Source: Paraspadella gotoi (taxonomy: Eukaryota > Animalia > Chaetognatha). Taken from it: a stretch of DNA of 64,000 bases. The stretch spans positions 9,680,538 through 9,744,537 of the forward strand of contig CM119266.1 of the NCBI GenBank assembly GCA_051294375.1, given 5' to 3'. Under the pieces are notes generated by a model that did not search any database, was not told the DNA's origin, and saw only the letters and a program-made list of their open reading frames with translations. The first letter of the stretch is position 1. Every line of letters starts with the position of its first letter. This document shows positions 12,806-24,898 of the stretch, piece by piece. A program made the position numbers and the translations under genes.

Positions 12806-13254
12806 TTGGCGATTCCTCCCATTTCGGGAATAGAGAAATGATTTTTTTTTGCGAATTTGAACTCCTGAAAAACTTTGGGCGGGAGAACTCGTGTGTTTTC
12901 AATCGTTCCACCGAAGAAAGAAACGAAACGTTTTATTTATTTTTTTGTATTGCCAGTCTCGTTCTCCCATTTTCATCTCACGCAACACTAGAGTTCCATA
13001 ATATGTCGCGTCTAGAATTTCTATTCATTCTATCTCTCCTATATCATTTCATATAACGGTATTTTATGATTATAACCTATAATATTGACAAACTAAACCG
13101 TGTTTCATTGAAGTCCCAATTCTTGTTTTATTCTGCCTTTTGCGTAAATTCTGTGGAAGCTCGTTGAGAAATATTTTATTCACCGCACGGTGCTTTTTCG
13201 TTGTTTGTTATCTTAGAACCAAAAGACAACAACAACAACAACAAAGGATTAAAA

Positions 13255-13675
13255 ATGCCTTCTGGCGAAGAGATGGGCGAATATTTCGGAGAAATGCGGA
13301 CGGCTCCGTTCGACGCGAGATTTCCCAACCAAAACCAAACGCGTCACTGCTACCAGGTGATCTTCATTTGCAGATGGTCGCCTATTCTTGGAGGCAACTT
13401 ATCTCTATTTTTTTGAATATAAAATGCACGACGTCTCTATTTTTGACAGAATTATCTAGATTACCAACGTTGCATTAAGATCAAGGGCGAGGACTACACC
13501 CCTTGCAACTATTTTAAGAGGTAAGCCATTTTCAAAAGAGACTCGACCTCACAGGGGTTTTCAGTTTTTAATGATTAATCCCTTTTACAGGATCTACAAT
13601 TCGCTTTGTCTCCGAGCTTGGGTCGAAAAATGGGACGACCAAATATCCGAGGGACGATTCGCTGGAAGGATTTAG
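13255..13675 (+). CDS. COX6B1: Cytochrome c oxidase subunit 6B, 3 exons
   Basis: TAPFDARFPNQNQTRHCYQ|NYLDYQRCIKIKGEDYTPCNYFKR|IYNSLCLRAWVEKWDDQISEGRFAGRI, with twin Cys-pair motif. Confidence 0.95.
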
Positions 13676-14126
13676 GAGTCTTTGCGTTTAAGATGAAACT
13701 TTTGGGGGTGAATATGAATTCAACGGGGCATGTTTTTTTATTTTATTTTAGTTTCGCGAATTTGATTTTTTTGGGTTGGTTTTCGGGGTCATTAATTTTA
13801 AAAAATGACGAAAATCATTTGTACAAAATAGTCTTCGTTCGTTTGTAACTACGTAAGAGCTGAACTATACCCCGAATCATGGGATGAATTTCATTCATCG
13901 ATATTTTGAGTTACTTGTATTCGTGCTCGATGATCCTTTTCCCCCGCCAGGAAAGATAAATGTTTCTCTTCGACCTTCCCCTTCGATCTATACATCTTGT
14001 CCAAAAAAAATAAAAGAAATAAGAAAAAAGTCATAAACAAACGGCTACCAACTGCCAAGGCGCAATGCGCTCGTCGACTTTGCTCATTTTTAAAAAAAAA
14101 TCGAAAATCCCTAACAACAACAAAAA

Positions 14127-15376
14127 ATGTTGAAGGTGATTAAGAAGGAATGCCTCGGCTACAAGTCGCAGTGCGAAAATCTCATCGCCTCCCACGAAGG
14201 CGACGTCACCGTTCTCCGACACTGTCGCCTTCGAGCGGAAAGGATTTGCGCCTCCTTGGAGGACTTGCCGTCGGAGACGGCTTCGGAACCGGGGGACGAG
14301 GAGAGCGAAGAGGCCGTCCTACCCGAGGAGCGCGTCGACATCCTAAAGGCCTTCGTCTTTGTCGTCCTCGACTTTACTTTCTTCGCCGAGAGCGAGATAG
14401 CCGAGAGAAACTTTACCGACGACGACTCGCGACAATCCGTCGAACGCCTTCTCGCCGAGCTGGACAAGCCCAGACATGTATACGATAGTTTCTCGCGGGC
14501 GTTGACTCTGGCCTCGTCGACCGGCGACGCGGTTAGCGGGGAATCCGCCTCGGCGTCGCCGCCGCCTTCACCGCCTGACTTCGACGCTGTCGTCGGGGAA
14601 GACCTCGCCGAGTGTCTCTACTGGCGCAAGGGCGCACTTATTTACATGTTCCACAGCGCGAGGGAAGCGGATATTTCGGAGGAGCCTGCGGAAGAGACGA
14701 AGCGTCTGTTGACGACCGCCGTGGGCGATCTACGTCGGATGCTCTCTGTTCGTCAAGACTTCAAGGTGATTGACAACGACGCCTTTGTCTACGACGACGG
14801 AAACTCCTTGCAACTCATTCAACGCGGACTATTTAGCGACACTCACGTTCTGGCGTTGATGTACGCAGGCGAGATGTGTTATTGGCTCGTCAAATGGACC
14901 TCCACGACCGCGGACGACAGAGATGGGGCCAACGATAAAGGTTAGTTTTTTTTCAAATTCTCTTAAAATAATGTTTTGGTAGATTAACTATTATGTAATA
15001 TGTATTTGGAATTTGAACCTTGTGCTTTCGATTTTAAATCTCGCGAAGCAAAATAATCTGTAAAAAAGCTCCTTGGGAAATCTAATATCCAGAGTTTGAA
15101 AGGGAGATGGTGCTGATAAAGAGAAAATGTTATTTCCTTCCCAACCAAATCTCTCCTCGATGTTGTTGTTTTCCTTTTCGCCCACCAACTTCTCGTCCCG
15201 AAGCTTCGAAGGAGGATGATGAGGATGACGATGATTCGATGAAAACTCTCTGCCCTCGATCCGTCGGCGTTGAACTCTTAACCAGATACAGGGAAGCAGT
15301 GACGGGGCCTCTCAAGGCGGCGGGATGGCAATGCGAGAAGGCCGATGAAATCATCGCCTTCCTACAAAGTTCCTAA
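14127..15376 (+). CDS. RIMOC1: RAB7A-interacting MON1-CCZ1 complex subunit (C5orf51/UPF0600); exons 14127-14940, 15204-15376
   Basis: ECLYWRKGALIYM; GLFSDTHVLALMYAGEMCYW; C-terminal GPLKAAGW...ADEII, which I recall as C5orf51 family motifs. Confidence 0.82.
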
Positions 15377-15743
15377 GCCTCACTTTTTTCATAATTTCTG
15401 TCCTGCTTGAATTGAATGCTCCAGTTTTTCTGGTCTTTTTTTGTTCTTATCCCCTATTACTACTAACACATATTAAATTTACATTATATATTGAAATGTA
15501 CCCTCCTTAATTTATCCGCCAAAAATCTTTCCATTCGAAACTCCAGTTATTATTCAATAATGCATTCCAAATGTTTGTTTTTTTTTGTTTTTTTTTAAAC
15601 GATTCCGTCCCATCGGATTTTTTTTTTTTTTTTTTTTTTCAGGAAAGAAAAGGAAACTATCGTATTGTATTTTGTTTAACAATTTTAACATTTAAAAAAA
15701 AACTAGGACATCAAGAACTGAAGGTTGGAAAAAATAAAAAAAA

Positions 15744-16527
15744 ATGTTGTCCTCGATTTTAAAAGAACATCAAGCGAAGCAGCAGACTCGACGAGAATTA
15801 GAGGAGACTCGTCGATTTGAAGCCGTTAGCGCCACCACAAAGTTGACACACGCCCTGGTCGATCATCTCAACAGCGGCGTCGCTCAAGCTTACGTTAATC
15901 AGGTAATTTTAATAACTCGGTTATATGGTTAATGCTTTTTTTCATTTTTCTCTCTCGAAAAAAAAAAACGAAGAAGAACTAAATTTGATCTTAATTGGAT
16001 AAGCTCTAGATAAAAAAGAAAACGGCTCTTTCAGATTTTCTTGTGCCAAAGTTTACACTTTACGCGTCGGCTTGCCTCGATGCTCTTTCCCCAATCATTT
16101 CATTTGCGAAAACCGGTTTATTTTCCGCTCGTTTCGAATGGACGCTCATTTAAATCTATTTCGTGCATAAAATCATTTGTCTTTTTATTCTTATATTTAT
16201 CGCTTTAAAATATTTTTTTTTTTATCTCTTTCAGAAAAAAATCGATAGCGAAGCCAAGCAACTTCAGACCAACGCGACCCAATTCGCTAAACAAACCAAC
16301 TCTTGGCTGTCGCTGCTGGATAATTTTAATGAAGCCCTCAAGGTGACATTTTCACGGTCTATCGTCTCTTTTTTTTTTTGGTCGCGTTGACTGAGATTTG
16401 TGTTTATATTTTTTTCTAGGAAATCGGAGACGTGGAAAATTGGGCGCGAAGCATCGAGGCCGACATGCGTACCATTTCGTCGGCTTTGGAATACGCATAC
16501 AAAGACCGACAGTCGCTTCCGCGGTGA
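15744..16527 (+). CDS. BLOC1S1: BLOC-1 subunit 1 (GCN5L1); exons 15744-15902, 16235-16342, 16420-16527
   Basis: [64 protein letters not shown]. Confidence 0.96.
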
Positions 16528-17731
16528 CGTCAAGTGTTCATTATGATTTATACATTGAACAACAGTTGGTCCATTGGATCTCGCTTCCTCGCCATTCCCT
16601 CTGTGTGACGCGAAACCAGAAATTAGGAGACGGTAAAGAACCCGAATTTCGCGTCGTCGAAGTTTTCTCTTTTTTCATCTCACCAAAATAACGGGATACA
16701 AATTTTCACTTTTTTCTCGATCTCGATGCAACGGCGGTGAACCTGGGGTGAAATCAGGAGTACCTGAGAAATAAAAAGATTTATCACTAAAACGGTCTAT
16801 TTGGCGTCCGGTGAACTCTGTAAACAACCATTACTTATTCGATTACCCATTAGCTTCCGAAATCGACTCATTTCTTAAACCCTTTTTTTCCCTTGGCTTC
16901 GCTCAAAAGTCTGTCAGTTGGGGGGGGGGAAATTTGTATTCGCTGTGTCGAAAAGCCAACGAAAATCTTATGGCTTTAGCCAACATTCCGAGTTAATGTT
17001 TTTTTTTTTTCGATTATAAGCAAAATTGTCTCTCCGACTCTGGTTCAAGTTTTATTTTTCTTTCTTCGGTTATAAACAAAATTGTCTTTCTGTTTCGAGT
17101 AAAAGAAAGTTCTGCTCTTTGTCGTTGATCGAACGATAAACGCTCCCTTTTCCTGAAAGGAACGAATTTTAAATGAGTCACCGCTTCGAAACCATTAAAG
17201 AAGATTAAAAAAAATAAAATAACGGATGATTACTAACTTCGATTACTTGATTCGTCAAGACTTTTCGCGGTGCTTCTATTACAAATAACGAAAGGTTATG
17301 TATCTCAGACCTTTTTCTTCCGCTCAACATTTGATTAAATCTCCTGACAGTTTTTAAAAATTTTTAAAACTTTTTCAATTTAAATAATTAAGACAATAAG
17401 AAGATTAAACGATTAAACGATGAGTATTGAGCAAGAAAAATTGCACTAATGGCACTAAAAATAAAATTCAAACAATTAAGGATCATTGCGGACATTGCAA
17501 ATTGGAAAAGTATTAAAAGTATTAAATATATCAATGAAAATCAGAAAAAAAAAAAAAAAAATTTCAATTTAAATAACCCGTGTTATCACCGCTTCTTATT
17601 TCTATGATTTTCGAACCATCGTCAAGGGCCTTTTTTTTACACCAGGTAGTTTTGTCCACGCTCGGATGATTGATTTCATCTCTCCGTCTTCAATGAGCAG
17701 AAACTAAACACAAAGAAATTTCACAGTAGTC

Positions 17732-18659
17732 ATGGCGACACCACTCAACGAACTCGTGGACATGGGCATGAAGCTGTCGTTCCAAGGTCGCGGCGGCTTG
17801 GCACTCAACTTGGATCTGGCCAAGTCGAATCATTTGGCCATTACCGGGCTTTCCGTCGGCGGGTCTCCGTGCGGCCTTAACGCCGGCTGCCTTTTCGCCT
17901 ACGATACGATGAGGTGCGGAGATTCTTCGGATTCGAACGAGGGCTAAGGGCGGAAAAGGGGGCGTGTCGAGGAGGGTCTCCTCGATTCTCTCGTCGAGAC
18001 TCGAATCCCCACGACTCTTCTCTCTCGAATCCGCAGAAATCGATGGGACGAGGAACAGAAGAGATTCAACATCGGCCTCTTCGCTTATCCCCACCTCGCC
18101 AAGCCTGCCACGTCCCCGGCGTTTTTCGACAGCTTTCACTTCGAGGAGAGCGCCAGGGAGGATTTCGGGTTGTACGTCTCGGTGAGCGCCGCGAAACGAT
18201 TGGACGATCGCACCAAAGCGGGTGAGCAAAATTGGGTTTAGGGGGTGAGAAAGGGAGAAGTTACTATTTCGTGCCATGTCAACTTGCCCTTTTTCCCTAC
18301 CCTCGAAAGGAATATCGTTCGGTTCCGACTCTCGGTCCGGCCTTGGCATCTCGGCAGCGGCCTCATACGTCGTGGACGATGAACACCGGGCCACCGTCTA
18401 CCTTAATCACCGCTTGGTTTTCGGCGTAGGGTTCACTCGACAGATTGACGCCTACTACTCGGCCTCCCTCAACGCCTTCACCGGGGCCGACGGCAAGATC
18501 GGTCTCGGCGTCGATATAGAATATAGACCCAAACCTCCGATGTCCGTCCTACTAAAGGAAAAATTGAAAAAGTTGCGCTATCAGTCGGGAAACTTTCAAG
18601 AACGCTTACAAAATGAGTTGTCGCGAGTTATGGACGATTTGGGCATCAAGAAACCGTGA
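17732..18659 (+). CDS. Divergent VDAC/eukaryotic porin-like protein, at least 3 exons, 5' end unresolved
   Basis: Spliced product aligns by eye to the C-terminal two thirds of the upstream VDAC: GLNAGCLFAYDT vs [12 protein letters not shown]; AASYVVDD vs GAKYALDD; LNHRLVFGVGFTR vs [13 protein letters not shown]; KIGLGVDIE vs QVGLGLDFE. Confidence 0.72.
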
Positions 18660-18810
18660 TATAATTTTTTTCAAAAACCCCTATTCTTCATCGGACCTTC
18701 GTGCCTTTTGTTTTTATACAACCCCTTTTTGGTTGCGTTCTAGATATGGCTCAATTTATACACCAAACTTAGTAAACCGTATATGGCCTTAAAACATTTT
18801 TCGAAATACC

Positions 18811-21267
18811 ATGGCAAGGAACCGCCCCGTTTCGTCCGCGGATCCCTCGCCGCAAAAACCCAATTTTATCTCGTACTTCCTCAACAAACTTCCGGTGTCG
18901 CTTTGGAAAAGGCAAAACGCCTACCTTGCGACCGACGACTCCCGCGGAGGAAAACCCGAGGACTTTCGCAGCCTTCCTCCGCAGCCGCGGGGCGGCGCCT
19001 TACCCAGGCTGCAGGGCGTTTACGGCGAATACGGACATCCGCATCTTACGCCCTCAATATCTGAACCGGCTGGCTTCATCTCGGTATTGAGTTGATAATA
19101 ATATTTTAATAATATTTTTTGGTCATCTATTACATTTACTTGTTCTTTCAGGAATTTCTTCCTTATCGCCCACGAGCATTCGACGAGTCGATCGACGGCC
19201 TCAGCTTGAAAGGGTCCCACCTTAACGATGGAACCCTATATCACTCGAAACCTCCCTCCCACGACGTCACACCGGACGACATCGAACTCACCTGCCTTGA
19301 CGAGGCGTCGCCGACGCCGTCTCTGCACTACTTTCTCGTGGTGCAGCTGCACCAATTGACTTGGTGCGACGCCTGCGGGGAGTTCATCTGGGGCCTCGTC
19401 AACCAGTGCCTTCGTTGCTCCTTCTGCCGTTTCACCTGCCATCATCACTGCCGCGACGTCGTCTCCATCGAGTGTCCGCGAAGGGACGAAGACTTGGAGA
19501 GAGGCGTCGACGCCGTCGCCGCTTGGAATCGTGCGCGAGGCGACGACGAAGACGTTGATTCGACGCGCGCTTCGAGCGACTCCATCGCTTCGTCGGCTGA
19601 ATCTTCCGAGTCCTTCGACTCTTCCGACTCGGCGTTGGCAGCTCCGCGCGCCGCGCCGCGATCCCCTCCACAGACCCGACCGAAACCCGTCAAAAGCCAG
19701 AAAAGGGTTCGGCCACGTTTATCTAACGACCTCTTCTTGCCGACTGGGGGCGGCGACGCCAAGGAAGTTAACGAAAACCTCGGAAAAAATCGACTTTCTA
19801 GCTCCGCCGCCCCGTCGCACGCTCCCGCCCGCGATCCCGTCGCCGACCCCACCGAAAAAAAGTCTATGAACAGTCGTAGACGGAACGAAGAACCCAGAGA
19901 ATCTCAGAAAAGAGCCAACGCTCAAAGTGACAATTCTAGTCAATCGAGGAACACGTCCTCTGATCATCATCATTATCATCATCATCAACCTCATCCGTCC
20001 CGCGCCGTCGAACAGAAAACCGCAATATCCCGACCAATCTTGGATTATTCTTCTTTTGAAAGCGACGAGGGGTTTCACTCTTTGTTGCCAGACGGAAAAA
20101 CGATGACGAAAGAGACTCTGGCCGAACTCGTGACTCAGTTCAACAAAAAGGCCAAAGCTTTGAGTTTGGCCATACTGGAGGACGGGTTGACCGTGCGCGG
20201 CTTTATACGCGTCCATTTGGACCTTATGCGACCAGGTAGGTTCGGGATGATGGCTAATGTTTTAAAAGTTTCTACTTAATTGATAAATTCGGTTGTAGTG
20301 TGTAGGCAGGAAGTTCTCGCCATATCCAAGACCTAAGTTCCTCAAACAAAGCTGAGGGCCATTTTTATTGGTTAATTGCCAAATACATTCCCTATATGTC
20401 TCGTTTTTTTTTCGTTTTTTTTCTCCTCTCTCTACTCCGCGCCCGCAATAACACTTATTGAATTAAGTATCCGACTCTTATTTGCCGATGACTGTTTTAA
20501 GACCTTTCCTCAATAAGGTTTACATAAGGGATTTTGACACTTTTCAGCCGATAAAAATATTACTAATGAAACTTATATTTTCCGCTCCAGTGAACATATC
20601 AACTGGAAATCGTTTTCCTATGAACTACACTGAAGACGATGGAACTGGGAAGTCGCGTAGGTCAACCGATCGACCTACGTTCCACATCCCGCAGGACACG
20701 GTGAAAAATCTTCACGTGACGTCTGAAACGACCGTCAGAGAAGTCGTGGAGGCTTTGCTGAAGAAGTACGCCGTGACTGATCATCCAAAGAAGTTCGCTC
20801 TTTTCGAGAAAATGCTTCACGTCAACGAAGGTAGGTTTAAATTTTCGTCCCAGAAATTTACTACTTTTAAAAATTTGTTTACCTTCGATTTCTGTATTTG
20901 TTTCCTGGTACTAATTTTCTCGAAATAATTATTCGATTTACTAAAATATTTTTTTCATATTTATTCAGACGGAAAGCACGCCATATCATTCCGGCGTCTG
21001 CACGACTTTGAACAGCCTTTGCTCATCTTTTTGTGCTGGGGCGCAGAGATGTTGAGTCAGCGAAAGTTCGTTTTGCAAGAGAACGAAACTGGGGAAATTC
21101 TGTGGGAGGCTTTCACGATGCCCGAACTTAATACTTTTCTGCGCATCCTCGACCACGAGGAAGAAGAGACAAAGGCGCAAATAGTCAACAAGTACGATCT
21201 ATACCAAAGGAAACTTACAGATGAAATTACTAAACGGGAAAAGCAATTGGGTTACAGCGAATGTTGA
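18811..21267 (+). CDS. RASSF1: Ras association domain family protein (RASSF1/5 type: C1 + RA + SARAH), 4 exons
   Basis: C1 domain HYF...WCDACGEFIWG...CLRCSFCRFTCHHHC...C; RA domain GFIRVHLDLMRP, LHVTSETTVREVVEALLKKY...KKFALFE; SARAH ENETGEILWEAFTMPELNTFLRILDHEE. Confidence 0.9.
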
Positions 21268-21813
21268 TCTTTTAAAATTTACGTTGAATTTGTTATTAAA
21301 CTTTTCAATTATTTTTTTTTTCTAATCCACTTTTCTATTAATAGTAAATAAATTTGGGAACCCACAAGTTATGTTATTTTGATGACAATTAATTTTTTTA
21401 TTTCTTTTAATGGTTTTTTTTTCTATTATGTCTTTTTTGCGACACCAATTTTAAATTAGGTTAGTTTTTGGGGTACATTTACTTATGTAGTAAATAGCAA
21501 CTAATTGTCCGATTTTCGCGTCTTGATTTTGACAAAAATTTTAAGCCGTGGAATCCTTTTACCATACTGTGATTAAATTGTTCTACTGTACTTTTTTCAA
21601 AAATGTTTTTCTAAAAACGTTACTCGTTTTTGATCTTGACTATTTTCAGAAATATTTACTAAGATTCTTACTCTAAACCTATCCGTAATCATCAATACAA
21701 ATACCGTTTACCTATATAATAATATTAATAATGACATTCGCTCTTCTTGGGAGTCGTTGCATGATTTTTTAAACAATTATTGCTCTACATTTTTTAGTAA
21801 AGTCGATTGTAAA

Positions 21814-22107
21814 ATGTCTCAAAAACTTATTTCATTCGACTACGAGGTTTTCGGCATAGTCCAGGGCGTCTTTTTTCGAAAATACACTCAAGAAGAAGGA
21901 AAAAAACTCAATTTGGTCGGTTGGGTGCAGAATACTCGTCGGGACACCGTCGTCGGGCAAGTGCAAGGGAAACAACAGCAAGCCGAACTCATGAAAAGAT
22001 GGTTGTCCCAAGTTGGCAGCCCGTCGTCTCGTATTGAAAAATGTGATATAAAAAATGAAAAAGAAATAAAGGAGTTGGAATTTAGGAGCTTTGACATTCG
22101 GCACTGA
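21814..22107 (+). CDS. ACYP: Acylphosphatase
   Basis: DYEVFGIVQGVFFRKYT, GWVQNT...TVVGQVQG, WL...GSPSSRIEK. Confidence 0.95.
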   Translation: MSQKLISFDYEVFGIVQGVFFRKYTQEEGKKLNLVGWVQNTRRDTVVGQVQGKQQQAELMKRWLSQVGSPSSRIEKCDIKNEKEIKELEFRSFDIRH

Positions 22108-22564
22108 GCAATTCGATCGACAATTTCTAATTAACGATCCGACGATTTATCTTTGACACTGTTATTTACAATGTTATTAAACGGTCATTTTTTTACAATT
22201 CTTTCTAATTGGCAATAAGTTCAAAAATAATCTCTTCAATCTTGTCTCCGGTGCATTTTTGAAAAGGGCAAAGTTTTTTTAACTTTTGTCTTTATGTGCT
22301 TCTCTCCGGAATTACCTTTACGTGTTTATTTCTGAATCAAAAATATGGTATATTTCGTTTACCATTTAAAATTTGAATCGACTTGAAACTGAAATCTTGA
22401 TCTCAATTTTGATTTGACGTGGTTAAGTTTACTTCCCTTTTATTCTCTTGCAGACAAAACAATTCTCCTTCTCTTCTCCGTGAAATAACCTTTTCAGCTT
22501 TAAAAACAAAACAAAAAAAAACAAATAGATATCCGTTTAAAGTGAACGCGCATCACACGTTGCC

Positions 22565-24302
22565 ATGGCGATGCGCGCGACGACTTCGACCTCATCTTCC
22601 ATTTCCCCGACCGCCTCCCCCGACGACCCGACAGACCTGGTTCGAGGGACGATCACGTGGGCCATTCCTCGTTTCCTCATTGCCGGACGGCCGCTGCTAC
22701 AGCAAGAATGGAACAGTCCCGAACTCATTATCGGCAAAGGGAAGGAAGCTACGAGATGGTACCTGCGATGCAGCAAAGGCGCCGCGCAGGGAATCCTCAA
22801 TCCAGGTGGGGCGCCCAAGGGTACCCCTTGTCCCGTGAGTAAGTTCTATTTTACGGTTAACGAACTGGGCGAGCATTCCCTCTTAAAAGTTTTCATCTTT
22901 ACTTTTTTCTTTAATTAAGTAGTTTTGCTCCGTATATCCACGACTAAAGCCTTAACTACTGTATTTCAGATAACCACGTTTCCGTTCATTTGTGTTGCAA
23001 GAGTTGCGAGGAGCGCCGCCCAGTTCAAGAGTCCCCGGCCCCTTGCGTCGTGCCACCAAACAATGGCGGAAACTCGTCTTTTGACGATTTGGAAATTTGG
23101 GCCAAATTCAGGATATCACTTATCAACAAAAATGGTTTGTCTCCAAAAAGATTTTATTTTTAAAGTCTCTTTTGCATTTGTTAGGGGGCGAATAAAACAA
23201 CTCAGAATTCAACTGAATGAATATCCGATTAGAAATGAATCCGATGATGAATAAATTCCTCAAAAGTTTCTTCCCGATATATATTTTTTCTCTATCTATC
23301 TCTCTCTCTTTCTCTCTCTCGCTCGTATTTTGAAACTTTGTGGTCCAATTGTACCTCTCTACAAAGGCTACATAGGCCGTATGAGGCATTGCCCATGCCC
23401 ATTATGCCCAAGGCCGTATCAATGTTTTTATATTTAATGCAATTTCTCTCTCTTTCCCTCCCTTTCTTCCCCTGTCTCTCTCTCGATTTCCATTATTTTC
23501 AGGCAGCGAATGCTACACTCGAACTTGCAAATCCCTCGTGCCCTTCAGCCCTATCATTCCGCGAATGGGGTTCAACAACTTCATCAGCGTCTTGGCGCTA
23601 AACATTCACGTTTCCGACCTCCTGCCCTGCGGCGCCATCACGCTTTTCTGCGAAGTTGAACTCGCTCCCGACTTGATCCTCGTCCCCTCGATGAATCGTC
23701 ACGTGATGTCCTCGTCCCAGTCCAACCTCGCCACCACTCTCTCCAAGATGCTCGACACCGATCTCTTCTCCGACGTCACCCTCGTTTCCACCGTCGACGG
23801 TGAGGAGCACAAGGGCCACAAGGCCGTCCTCGCCGCCTGCTCGCCCGTCTTCAAGGCCATGTTCGATAACGAGACGCGGGAGAAGCACCTCAACCGCGTC
23901 GTCATCGAGGATTTGGAAGGGTCCACCATCCGCGCCATGCTCGAGTACGTCTACAAGGGCAGCGTGGGAAACATCTCCGCCACCGGGCTGGAACTCTTTC
24001 AAGCCGCCGAAAAATACCAGATGCTTGGACTGAGCAAGTTTTGTCAGGAAGCGTTGACCAGCAGCTTGACGGCCGCCAACGCGGGGCAAATTCTCGCCAT
24101 CAGCCACATGTACGTCGCGGACAAACTGAAGAAGGAATGCTTCGACTTTATCTCGCGAAACGCCAAGTCGGTTATCAGCACCGACTCTTGGATTCAGTTG
24201 GAGAGAACGCAACCGCAGCTCGCCATCGAATTCTTCAGACGAAACATTTCGGAGAGGAGGAGGAAGAGAAGCAACGAAGAGACGGACACGGACTCCGATT
24301 GA
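22565..24302 (+). CDS. SPOP-like MATH-BTB-BACK Cul3 adaptor (divergent), 4 exons
   Basis: MATH remnants ITWAI..F, WYLR, EIWAKFRISLIN, MGFNNFI, ITLFCEV; BTB FSDVTL...HKAVLAACSPVFKAMF...MLEYVYKG...AAEKYQ..L; basic RRRKR tail as in SPOP. Confidence 0.85.
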
Positions 24303-24898
24303 GTCGAGTCGCCCTTTTGCTTTCACGAATATTTTTTTCATTTTGAATCATGAACTTTTGACAATCATTCTATTATGCATTTCCCGTTACCGTCCGCTAG
24401 TTAGCAGTTTTTGAAATTTCTTTTTTTTTTTTAAATTTTGCTTATGCGTCGGCCCATTTTTACTTTTAACCGCGCATTTTGTTGATATAGTTAATTTATA
24501 GTTAGTAAAATATAGTCTGGTAGATCCTCGGATTAAAGGTTTTAGTAAATTATCGAAATATTTATTAAAAAGATTCTTTTCGAAAAGGAATTTTTGCTAA
24601 TGTACCAGTCTTATGTTGAGCGGTTAACTTTTTTTTTATTTCTAAGTCTATCTTTCTATGAATTCACACCTTGCTCTCAATAGACTTTCATACATTTCAA
24701 AAATTTTCAGTTTTCAGTGCTCATGGGGAACAAGCCATTCCGATTATTAAAAAAATCAACACAAATGAAGTTGCTCAAGTGACAATAAATAACATTAAAA
24801 GGCTAAAAAAATAATAAAAGATAAAAAAGAAAAAAAAAAAAAAAAAAAAAAAAAACGCCCCAAAAAATCCTAAGATTGCCAAAAAAAGAAATTAAAAA

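Noticed and set aside
17690-18394. 234-aa minus-strand ORF
   Set aside because: Antisense shadow of the VDAC-like exons in GC-rich sequence; no motifs; splice signals favour the + strand.
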